From: Candidatus Korarchaeum cryptofilum OPF8
GTDB taxonomy: Archaea > Korarchaeota > Korarchaeia > Korarchaeales > Korarchaeaceae
Assembly: GCF_000019605.1 (NCBI RefSeq)
Contig: NC_010482.1
Span: 570,001 to 602,000 of the forward strand
Direction of reading: 5' to 3'
Length of the DNA: 32,000 bases
Below are positions 1 to 7,423 of this stretch, piece by piece. The notes under the pieces are model-generated. The model had not been told where the DNA came from. It searched no databases and worked only from the letters and a program-made list of their open reading frames with translations. Within the stretch, counting starts at the first letter, position 1. Each line of letters opens with the position of its first letter. The position numbers and the translations under genes are program-made.

Positions 1-473
1 TCGAGATCCCTAGCCCCTCCTCCGAGTCTAGTCAGTAGGGGATCCATCTCATTAGCAGCTGCTATCAGCTTGTCCTTCTCGGCCATTATCCTCCTGATCG
101 CCTCCTCGAGATCGGGGACCTTGACTACCTGTATCTGAGATATCATTATTGAATCAGTGGCCTCCGCTTCGAATCCCCCGGAATCCCTGGCCATCTTAGC
201 TGCATTACTAGCGGCAGCTACTACACTGGGCTCCTCTATTACCATGGGGATCAAGTAATCCTTCCCGTTTATCAGGAAGTTAGTAGCTATAGCGAAGGGG
301 AGGGAGTAAAGGCCTATGACGTTCTCTATCATGTGATCAGCGACTTCCCTGGGGAGCTTACCCTCTCTCAGTACCTCAACTTCTTCATCGGTCAGGCCAG
401 CGAATTCCCTAACTATCTTTAGCCTCTCATCCATCGGGAGATTGTAGAACCCGGATATCCTGGAAGTTCGCAT
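1..473 (-). CDS. hmgA: 3-hydroxy-3-methylglutaryl-CoA reductase, class II type (N-terminal part; gene runs off the left window edge)
   Basis: Not in the ORF track; I translated the reverse strand by hand from the ATG (cat at 471-473). It reads MRTSRISGFYNLPMDERLKIVREFAGLTDEEVEVLREGKLPREVADHMIENVIGLYSLPFAIATNFLINGKDYLIPMVIEEPSVVAAASNAAKMARDS... The ENVIG..LP.A.A.NF.ING......EEPS.VAAAS pattern is the class II (Pseudomonas mevalonii/Archaeoglobus-type) HMGR signature, not the class I one. Confidence 0.8.
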   Translation of the reverse strand, partial: MRTSRISGFYNLPMDERLKIVREFAGLTDEEVEVLREGKLPREVADHMIENVIGLYSLPFAIATNFLINGKDYLIPMVIEEPSVVAAASNAAKMARDSGGFEAEATDSIMISQIQVVKVPDLEEAIRRIMAEKDKLIAAANEMDPLLTRLGGGARDL

Positions 474-520
474 AGCTCATTCACCATTTATTTAATATTA
501 CCATTACGCCCGGGGATGTC

Positions 521-1336
521 TTGCTAGCGTTAGCTGCGGCTATATTCGCGGGGTGCGTCTGGGGCATAACCCCCAGCTTGTACGCTCAAGCATCTAGAGA
601 AGGCGGATCTGCTAGGGCTAATTTCTGGAAGTCCTTAGGAGCCCTATCAGTACTCCTCCTCCTTTATCTAAGTAACTTCGAGCTGCCCTCGCGAGTAGCG
701 ATGATTTACATAATCCTGAACGCAGCTCTCGGCACTGGAATAGCCGATTACTCATTCCTGAAGTCTATAGCCATTATAGGGCCGAGCAGAGCGACGCCCA
801 TAGGATTCACTTACCTAATATGGACGGCCATACTCCCCAGCATAATGATAGGGGAACCATTCTCAGCCTTCGTTCTTTTAGGGGCTGCTCTCGCTTTCCT
901 CGGGATATGGCTCATCTCGAGGGGCTCAGGGGAGTGGAAGATGAGAGGGATAGTCTTGAGCCTAATAGCATCCATAGGGTGGACCCTCAGCCCTATAGCG
1001 GCTAAACAAGCCCTGAATTATGTCAGCGAGGTGACCTTAGCCACTTGGAACTCGATAATAGTGGCTTCCCTCTACCTCATGCTCTCCCTCCCGAGCCCTA
1101 GGGTGAGGGGTCAGGGGAAAGCAGCTCTAGGGGGGATGATAGGGGTGGGCATATCCCTACCGCTCTACTTCTACGCTGTCAGGGAGCTAGGTGTGGCTCT
1201 AGCTTCACTGACGACAGCACTCGCTCCCCCAGTCTCCCAGATAGCCTCTGCCCTTAGTGGAAATAAATTGAATAGAAATGAAGTTATTGGTACAATATTA
1301 ATAACAGCTGGGATAATAATAGCTATATCAATTTAG
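521..1336 (+). CDS. EamA/DMT-superfamily membrane transporter
   Basis: 271-aa ORF, hydrophobic throughout, with about 9-10 predicted TM segments in two similar halves, as is typical of EamA-domain permeases. The start is TTG at 521 with no upstream in-frame ATG, so the start is uncertain. A TATA-like TTTATTTAATATTA lies at 486-499. Confidence 0.6.
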   Translation: MLALAAAIFAGCVWGITPSLYAQASREGGSARANFWKSLGALSVLLLLYLSNFELPSRVAMIYIILNAALGTGIADYSFLKSIAIIGPSRATPIGFTYLIWTAILPSIMIGEPFSAFVLLGAALAFLGIWLISRGSGEWKMRGIVLSLIASIGWTLSPIAAKQALNYVSEVTLATWNSIIVASLYLMLSLPSPRVRGQGKAALGGMIGVGISLPLYFYAVRELGVALASLTTALAPPVSQIASALSGNKLNRNEVIGTILITAGIIIAISI

Positions 1337-1398
1337 ATCTCTTCGAGATACCTTATGAAGCTCTCGGAGGTGAAAAGACGCTCCTTTCACTCGTAACC

Positions 1399-1409
1399 TT
1401 TATTTGAAA
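1399..1409 (+). promoter_or_regulatory. TATA-like box for the Zn-ribbon/GT2 operon (leaderless start at 1429)
   Basis: TTTATTTGAAA is centred about 26 nt upstream of ATG 1429. No Shine-Dalgarno-like element lies between them. Confidence 0.4.
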
Positions 1410-1428
1410 TTGAGGTAGCATAATCTGG

Positions 1429-2385
1429 ATGGTATCGAAGTTCGCGGATATGCTGATAGACCTGCTCCTAAAGAAGGGAGTGAAGGAGATAGAGCCTAAG
1501 CTCGATTATGATTATGGGGTAAGTTATTATGAATCTTTAGGTATTTCTCGTGATGATTTCCCGAATTTAAATGATATTCTGATCGAGCTTGAGAGGAAGG
1601 GGATATTGAAAGGGACTAAAGTGGGGACCATACCCACCTGCCCGAATTGCGGCTCCCACAAGCTGATATTGAGGCTTCTCTGCCCGATCTGCGACTCGCC
1701 GAATATAAGGAGGGTGGAGGCTATCCATCACATATCTTGCAATTTCACCGCTCCCTCGGACATGTTCTCATCGGGGGAGATCCTGAGGTGCCCGAATTGC
1801 GGTAAGCCGTTGAGGGCAATAGGAGTCGATTACAATAAGTATCAGAACGTGATATATTGTGAGAATTGCAAGAGAGTATCTATCTCCCCCAAGCTAATCT
1901 TCATCTGTTCCGATTGCGGGGAGTCCATGAGTGAGGGCGAGTTAGATCTGAAGCCCCTATTGAGGTATGAGGTCATCGAGGAGAGGTTGCTCAAGCCCTC
2001 GCTCGAGAGAGCTATATCCGAGGGGCTCGAGAGGAGGGGGGTGGAAGTCAAGCATCCCAGTGAAGCCATAGGTGCCTCAGGCCTGACTCAGAGGTTCTCG
2101 CTCTCAGTTAAGGGAGGGGATTCGGAAAGATTCATAGACATCGTTGAATCTAGCGAGGGCGTGGGGGAGGAGAAAGTCCTAGCTCTATTCGGGAAGCTCT
2201 TCGATATATCAGCAAAGGGAGGCGTGCTAGTAGCGATACCCAGAGCTACTCAAGAGGCGAAAACCCTAGCTAAGAGCTTAAACATAGAGATAGTTGAGGC
2301 ATCGAACTTGGATGAGGCATTGACGAAGCTCCATTCCCTGATAAAGGAGGAGAAGGGGAAGGATCGCCGAGAGGTGGTAGGGTGA
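1429..2385 (+). CDS. Multi-zinc-ribbon protein, paralogue 1 (wHTH-like N-terminus, five CxxC pairs, alpha/beta C-terminal domain; TackOD1-like?)
   Basis: 318 aa. Cys motifs are C71PNC, C85PIC, HHISC104, C121PNC, C144ENC and C160SDC. The N-terminus has LIELERKGIL (wHTH-wing-like). It is collinear with the next ORF, including GVDY and the C-terminal G.SG...F..V...D.V...AK...LV pattern. Confidence 0.55.
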   Translation: MVSKFADMLIDLLLKKGVKEIEPKLDYDYGVSYYESLGISRDDFPNLNDILIELERKGILKGTKVGTIPTCPNCGSHKLILRLLCPICDSPNIRRVEAIHHISCNFTAPSDMFSSGEILRCPNCGKPLRAIGVDYNKYQNVIYCENCKRVSISPKLIFICSDCGESMSEGELDLKPLLRYEVIEERLLKPSLERAISEGLERRGVEVKHPSEAIGASGLTQRFSLSVKGGDSERFIDIVESSEGVGEEKVLALFGKLFDISAKGGVLVAIPRATQEAKTLAKSLNIEIVEASNLDEALTKLHSLIKEEKGKDRREVVG

Positions 2386-2389
2386 TCCC

Positions 2390-3331
2390 ATGCACGAGAG
2401 GGCCCTGAGGCTCATCGACCTGATAATAAGCGAGGCCTTAGATGAGATAAGGCCGAGTTTCGATCCCCTGAAGGGTTACGAGTACTGCTTGAGGGGGGAG
2501 TGCGAGGGAGTAGGGGAGGCCCTAGAGTATCTATACGAGAGAGGGTATCTCAGGAAGGAGTTGCATGATAGAGTTGCTAGCTGCCCGAATTGCGGATCCG
2601 AGGTATTCCTTCTGAGGGCTAAATGCCCTTACTGCGGTTCATTGAACTTCTCTAAGGGCATAGTAATAGAGCACTTGAGCTGCGGTTACTCAGGGCTCGA
2701 GGAGGAGTTCATGAGTCCTGATGGGAGGAGGATATGCCCGAAGTGCGGGAAGGAACTGAAGGCTCCTGGGGTAGATTACATCAGAGTAGCTGACATTTAC
2801 AGATGTGCATCTTGCAAGGAGGCCTTCTCAGTTCCCTTATATTCTTATAGATGTCTGAATTGCGGTCATGAGGGCCCAATGATAGAGCTGGTCCCCAAGG
2901 AGGTCTACAAGTATCTGGTCGTCAGGGAGGCCTTTGAGAGCGATCCTATTAGCAGGAAGATCCTCGATATCGTGAGGAAGCTTGCTGATATAGGATATAG
3001 GGTAGAGGGCCCTAGAGCTAGAGTTAAGGGGAGATCCGGCGCAGAATACGATTTCACGATAGCTGTATGGTTAGAGGGATCTGATGAGCCCATAGCAGTA
3101 CTGGATTTCGTCAGAGGTCCTATTGATGATGAGAGACTCCTCTCATTCTTCGCCAAGTCCCTCGATGTCATGGCGAAGGAGAGGATATTAGTTACGCAAG
3201 CGAAGGACAGCTTAATGGAAGCGAAAGCGAGTAGGTTGGGCATAAGGGTCTTCGAGCTGGAGGATGAGGATCTCGTAGGGAAGATAGGGGAAGTGCTGCT
3301 TTCCCTGCATGTAAAAGGGAGTGAAACTTGA
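2390..3331 (+). CDS. Multi-zinc-ribbon protein, paralogue 2 (same architecture as 1429-2385)
   Basis: 313 aa with CPNC, CPYC, EHLSC, CPKC, CASC and CLNC at positions equivalent to paralogue 1. GAGGTGGT lies upstream of ATG 2390, which is only 4 nt after the previous stop. Its own stop overlaps the GT2 start. Confidence 0.55.
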   Translation: MHERALRLIDLIISEALDEIRPSFDPLKGYEYCLRGECEGVGEALEYLYERGYLRKELHDRVASCPNCGSEVFLLRAKCPYCGSLNFSKGIVIEHLSCGYSGLEEEFMSPDGRRICPKCGKELKAPGVDYIRVADIYRCASCKEAFSVPLYSYRCLNCGHEGPMIELVPKEVYKYLVVREAFESDPISRKILDIVRKLADIGYRVEGPRARVKGRSGAEYDFTIAVWLEGSDEPIAVLDFVRGPIDDERLLSFFAKSLDVMAKERILVTQAKDSLMEAKASRLGIRVFELEDEDLVGKIGEVLLSLHVKGSET

Positions 3332-4797
3332 GGAGGATATATCTCACCCTCTTCCTGATCTTCCTCAATATCTCAGTGATGCCCTTCTTCATAGGTGGGA
3401 CGCACACATTCCTCGCTTACGCTTTCGCTCTGATATTCGCTATCTATTTCTCAGCTCAAGCTTTCATATCGATGGATAGCAAGCTGCTAGGAGGGGCCGC
3501 TCTCTTCTCCCTCCTCATAATAGTCCCCATCTCCTTAGCTTTAGTAGCCTCCCTGGAGAGCCTCAGCACCTTCGAGACGATCCTCTATGGGATAATATCA
3601 TTCGGCTTCACTTTGATATCTTGGCATTACCTCCTCTTGGTGCCCCTAGCTGCCTACTATAAGAGGATGGAGGAGATAGAAGCGAGGAAGCCCCTGCTCT
3701 ACAGGCCTCTGGTGAGCGTGATAATCCCAGCTAGGAATGAGGAGAAGGTAATAGGATCCACGATAAGATCAGTTCTGGAGTCCGATTATGAGCCCAAGGA
3801 GGTAGTGGTCGTCGATGATGGATCTACGGATAGGACATTCGAGATAGCATCAATTTACCAGGGGCCCAAGGTCAAGGTCCTCAGGAGGGAGCTAGGAGGC
3901 AGGGGGAAGGCCAGAGCCCTCAACTTCGGCCTGAGATTCGCGAGAGGCGAAGTCATAGTTCTAATGGATGCTGACACTATAATAAGCAGGGATGCTATAA
4001 AAGAGCTAGTTAGAAAGCTTCAGGACCCCAGGGTATCTGCCGTAGCTGGTAATGTCATGGTGAGGAATAAAGTGAACTTATTGACGAAACTGCAGGCGAT
4101 AGAATACATAGCAACTTTCCACCTATTCAGGAAGGGATTGAGCGTATTGGGGGCTGTTCCAATAATATCTGGAGCTCTTGGGGCATTCAGGAGAAACGTT
4201 TTAGAAAGCAGTGGTCTCTACGATGCAGATACTTTAACAGAGGATTTCGACGTGACATTGAAGGCCCTCAAGTCCGGAAAGATCGTTCAAGCGAGTTCAT
4301 ATGCTCTAGCTTTCACAGAAGCCCCTGAGAAGCTGAAGAGCTTGTATAGGCAGAGGTTGAGGTGGTATAGAGGGGCTTATGAAGTTCTAATAAAACATAG
4401 GGATGCATTCTCGCTCTCAGGCTTGACTATGCTTGACTTCTCACTGATCCTGATGAACAACTTAATAATACCTCTGATAGACTTCCTATCCATAATATCG
4501 ATAATCATAGCAATATTGAGGGGCCTCATATGGCCCTTGATCATCCAGATAATCCTCTTCTCCACCCTACAGATATTAATAAATCTCTTCATATTGCAAT
4601 TGGCTGAGGAGAGAGATATCTCACTAGTATTTCTCCCGCTATTCGCAATAGGCTACAAGCAGTTCCACGAGATCTTAATGCTGAAGTGCTTCTTCGACGT
4701 TATAATAGCTAGGATGAGGGGGAAGAGCTTCTCATGGACTTTCATAGAGAGGAGGGGTCTAGAGGAGCCTAAGTTGAGAGCTGGCCCCCAATTTTAA
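3328..4797 (+). CDS. Processive family-2 glycosyltransferase (cellulose/chitin/PNAG-synthase-like membrane polysaccharide synthase)
   Basis: 489 aa with N-terminal TM helices and a GT-A core: VSVIIPARNEE, VVVVDDGSTD, LMDADT (DxD), LTEDFD (TED) and QRLRWYRG (Q(Q/R)xRW). A C-terminal block of TM helices follows. The TTG start at 3328 overlaps the upstream TGA (3329-3331). Confidence 0.8.
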   Translation: MRRIYLTLFLIFLNISVMPFFIGGTHTFLAYAFALIFAIYFSAQAFISMDSKLLGGAALFSLLIIVPISLALVASLESLSTFETILYGIISFGFTLISWHYLLLVPLAAYYKRMEEIEARKPLLYRPLVSVIIPARNEEKVIGSTIRSVLESDYEPKEVVVVDDGSTDRTFEIASIYQGPKVKVLRRELGGRGKARALNFGLRFARGEVIVLMDADTIISRDAIKELVRKLQDPRVSAVAGNVMVRNKVNLLTKLQAIEYIATFHLFRKGLSVLGAVPIISGALGAFRRNVLESSGLYDADTLTEDFDVTLKALKSGKIVQASSYALAFTEAPEKLKSLYRQRLRWYRGAYEVLIKHRDAFSLSGLTMLDFSLILMNNLIIPLIDFLSIISIIIAILRGLIWPLIIQIILFSTLQILINLFILQLAEERDISLVFLPLFAIGYKQFHEILMLKCFFDVIIARMRGKSFSWTFIERRGLEEPKLRAGPQF

Positions 4798-4830
4798 GAA
4801 GATTTTTTAACGCTGCATTCATGCAAGCTC

Positions 4831-5694
4831 ATGCTCAGAGGATTAGGCGATGGCATTCAAGTGCTCCCGGGGAGCCCCTCAACTCTCTTCATCCCTTCAT
4901 CGGATGGCTACTACATAATAGATCCGGGATCTTCCGAGGAGAGGAGAGCTGATATAGAGGCTCAGGGGAAGATAAAAGCTGTTCTGATAACTCACTCCCA
5001 CTCAGATCATATATTAGCCGCTAGGGATTTGAGATCCGAACTAGGCGTTTTCGCTCCCCTCTCCGAGACCCCCTTCATAGAGTCCCCGGAGCTCAGGGAG
5101 GCCACTACGTTCGGGGGTTACGCTCCCTGGAACTTGATATTCCACGTAGAGGCAGTTCCCCTGAAAGTGGATAATCCATTCAAGCTGCCCTTCAATTTAG
5201 ATGGGATAGAGGCGATTCCCCTACCCGGCCATACATTCGGGCAAGTGGGTTATGTAGCCAGAGGGATTTTGTACGCTGCCGATTCCTTCTTCGGAGATAA
5301 ACTCCTGAAGAACGTTGTGATCCCTTACTTCTTGGATTTCGAGACCGCTATGAGTACTATAGAGTTCTTGAGGGATAATGCGAGGGAATTCGAGAAGATA
5401 GTCCCCTCACACGGGCCTATAGTCGAGGGGAAGAGGGCTATAGAGCTCCTAGAGATGAACATGAGGGCGATGGAATCGATAAGGGAGAAGGTGATATCGA
5501 TCCTCAGGGGGAGGAAGATGTGCGTCGAAGCTCTATCAGCTAGGATATTGAGGGAGGGAGGTGCTGAACTGACCCCGGGATCTGTAATACTCTCCTCAGT
5601 GACTATAAGGTCCCTGCTCTCCAGGCTCTATGAGAGGGGCATAGTGGATGCTGAAGCTAGTGAGGAAGGCATACTCTGGAAGCTCAACGATTGA
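4831..5694 (+). CDS. Metallo-beta-lactamase-fold hydrolase with C-terminal wHTH-like tail
   Basis: 287 aa with VLITHSHSDH (HxHxDH), PLPGHTFGQ and VPSHGP. The C-terminus has LLSRLYERGIV...GILWKL (winged-helix-like). It starts 34 nt after the GT2 stop on the same strand. Confidence 0.75.
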   Translation: MLRGLGDGIQVLPGSPSTLFIPSSDGYYIIDPGSSEERRADIEAQGKIKAVLITHSHSDHILAARDLRSELGVFAPLSETPFIESPELREATTFGGYAPWNLIFHVEAVPLKVDNPFKLPFNLDGIEAIPLPGHTFGQVGYVARGILYAADSFFGDKLLKNVVIPYFLDFETAMSTIEFLRDNAREFEKIVPSHGPIVEGKRAIELLEMNMRAMESIREKVISILRGRKMCVEALSARILREGGAELTPGSVILSSVTIRSLLSRLYERGIVDAEASEEGILWKLND

Positions 5695-7423
5695 GGAAGC
5701 CCATCAGACGGTCCAGGATACCGGCTCTAGCCTTCATCTCCACTAGAGCTGGATGAATCGGATCCCTGAGATCGAACTTGAGGTCAATAAGTTGCTTTTC
5801 ATCCTTAACAGTGACCTGAAGCAGCGGATGTTCATATCTATAGCTCATCACCCTCACCTCTCCCCCTACCGCTCCCCTAACTATCCTCTCAACGGTCTCC
5901 TTCAGGATCCTGGGCTCTACCTCCATTGAACCATCCTCAAAGGAGTAGCGAACCACGAAGAGGAACATCCCCATCCGGTCCATGCCATTCAAATGGAGGA
6001 AAGCATTCACTCTCCCCCTCCTTCCCTTGAAGAGCGACTCAGGTTTTATCTTCCATAAGATCTCACTGGGGTTCCTCTCAAAATCCAGTCTTAGGCTCAC
6101 TCCCAAGTTGTATTTCGAGGATAGCTCCATCTCAGCCTCCCTTATTATATCTTCCAGGCATCCCTTTCCCAGGAGGATCCCCTCATCCCCCTTCAGGAGG
6201 AAGGAGAGGCAAGCATCACTACCCTCGAACTTACAGAAGAGCAGATATCCAGAGCTCTTCGGATCGTAAGCTGCTCTCTCAACTAGCAGCGACATATCCG
6301 GGGATCCCCTGAGATCGTTCAGTTTGAAGACCGAGAACTTCCATGAGCTCCCTCTCCTCGATTTGACGTAGAGCAGGGAGTCATCCACATCATAATCGAG
6401 CTCATCTGCATTCAATATGCGCTTCAATGCGCCTTCATCAACTTTCTTACTCAGGATATGCACTTCACCGCTGGAAGCATCGTAAGAGACGTTCAATACC
6501 ACGAAATTTATGGTCAGGGTCATGATGAAGCTCACGCGAGTCTCACCATCCCTCTCCACCACTCTGTAAGATCTAGCGATATCCTCCATGGATAGCTCGA
6601 TCATGGAGGGATCTACGGAGGTTATCCTCGAGATCTCCCTTATGACGTTCCTCCTCATTTCCTCTAATCCCGGGAGCTTCACCCTATTCATCGCTCCAGA
6701 GTACCTGTTGACCCTGATGAGCTCCAACTCATCGCCCATCTTCACTATGAAGTTAGCGTAGCCATCATCTGATCCCCTCGCTAGGATCTCGATTCCTACA
6801 GATGCCTTCTTTTTATCGAACAGGGCATCCCATGACCTCGTTATAATCCTCCTCCCGGCCCCTTGATCCGAATTCTTGAGGGACTCCAAAACAGTGGCTT
6901 CTAGTTCATCCAGCGGTATTGGCTTCAATGAGACTCTCCTTCCCCTTTCACTCAGCTCCGCCTCTCCGATCTCCCTGTCTCCTAACTTCAGGGAGTACTT
7001 GAGCTTCCTCGCTATGAGGACGGTTTCAGCATTCAATACTTTAACTGAACTCTTGGGGACCCTCAGGGACTCCGAGAGGGCTTCTAATAAAAATTCTCTA
7101 GCTTCTCCCCTGGATATCTCGCTATTAACCTCTAACTCGATCTCCCCACCTAATTCGAAGCTGAGGTAGTCCGAAGCCCTGAAATCGGTCAATTTGGGTT
7201 TTGGGGAGTTCAAGACGAGGATCTTACCGCTCTTATACAGATATGGGACGAAATCCTTCCTCCCGGATCTATTCGTATAACTCACTTGCCAGTTAATGAG
7301 GACTCCGTAATCGACTGAAGCCCATTTGAGCTCAAATTTGACCTCAGAGGGATCTATTCCGCTCTTCATAACCTCAGAATCTAAGGAAATGCTCAAGTTC
7401 TTGGGTATCAGGACGATCTCCAT
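5684..7423 (-). CDS. Uncharacterised cytoplasmic protein made of about 6-7 PepSY-like helix+beta modules (partner of the BrxL-like ATPase)
   Basis: The ORF track gives 5684-7480. I prefer ATG 7423-7421 (MEIVLIPKNL...) because GGTGGAG sits 6 nt upstream and the longer version overlaps the upstream gene by 73 nt. There is no signal peptide or TM segment. Repeated modules open with amphipathic helices: ISRGEAREFLLEAL, LDELEATVLESL, LEEMRRNVIREI, LEDIIREAEMEL and LKETVERIVRGA. Confidence 0.5.
   Translation of the reverse strand: MEIVLIPKNLSISLDSEVMKSGIDPSEVKFELKWASVDYGVLINWQVSYTNRSGRKDFVPYLYKSGKILVLNSPKPKLTDFRASDYLSFELGGEIELEVNSEISRGEAREFLLEALSESLRVPKSSVKVLNAETVLIARKLKYSLKLGDREIGEAELSERGRRVSLKPIPLDELEATVLESLKNSDQGAGRRIITRSWDALFDKKKASVGIEILARGSDDGYANFIVKMGDELELIRVNRYSGAMNRVKLPGLEEMRRNVIREISRITSVDPSMIELSMEDIARSYRVVERDGETRVSFIMTLTINFVVLNVSYDASSGEVHILSKKVDEGALKRILNADELDYDVDDSLLYVKSRRGSSWKFSVFKLNDLRGSPDMSLLVERAAYDPKSSGYLLFCKFEGSDACLSFLLKGDEGILLGKGCLEDIIREAEMELSSKYNLGVSLRLDFERNPSEILWKIKPESLFKGRRGRVNAFLHLNGMDRMGMFLFVVRYSFEDGSMEVEPRILKETVERIVRGAVGGEVRVMSYRYEHPLLQVTVKDEKQLIDLKFDLRDPIHPALVEMKARAGILDRLMGFLNR

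Noticed and set aside
820-1005. 61-aa alternative-frame ORF inside the EamA transporter gene
   Set aside because: It is on the same strand but out of frame within a continuous hydrophobic transporter ORF. Its translation is Arg/Gly/Pro-rich and has no start signals.
1639-2600. Exact 14-nt repeat TGCCCGAATTGCGG occurring three times (about 1639, 1790, 2582), which looked like a dispersed DNA repeat
   Set aside because: Every copy is in frame and encodes the CPNCG zinc-knuckle of the two paralogues. It is a by-product of conserved coding sequence, not a non-coding repeat or CRISPR-like element.
1429-3331. Possibility that the Zn-ribbon proteins are IS-element (TnpB/IS1595-type) transposase fragments
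   Set aside because: There are no RuvC or DDE motifs, no terminal inverted repeats and no flanking duplications. The genes are coupled to a GT2 gene rather than forming an insertion.
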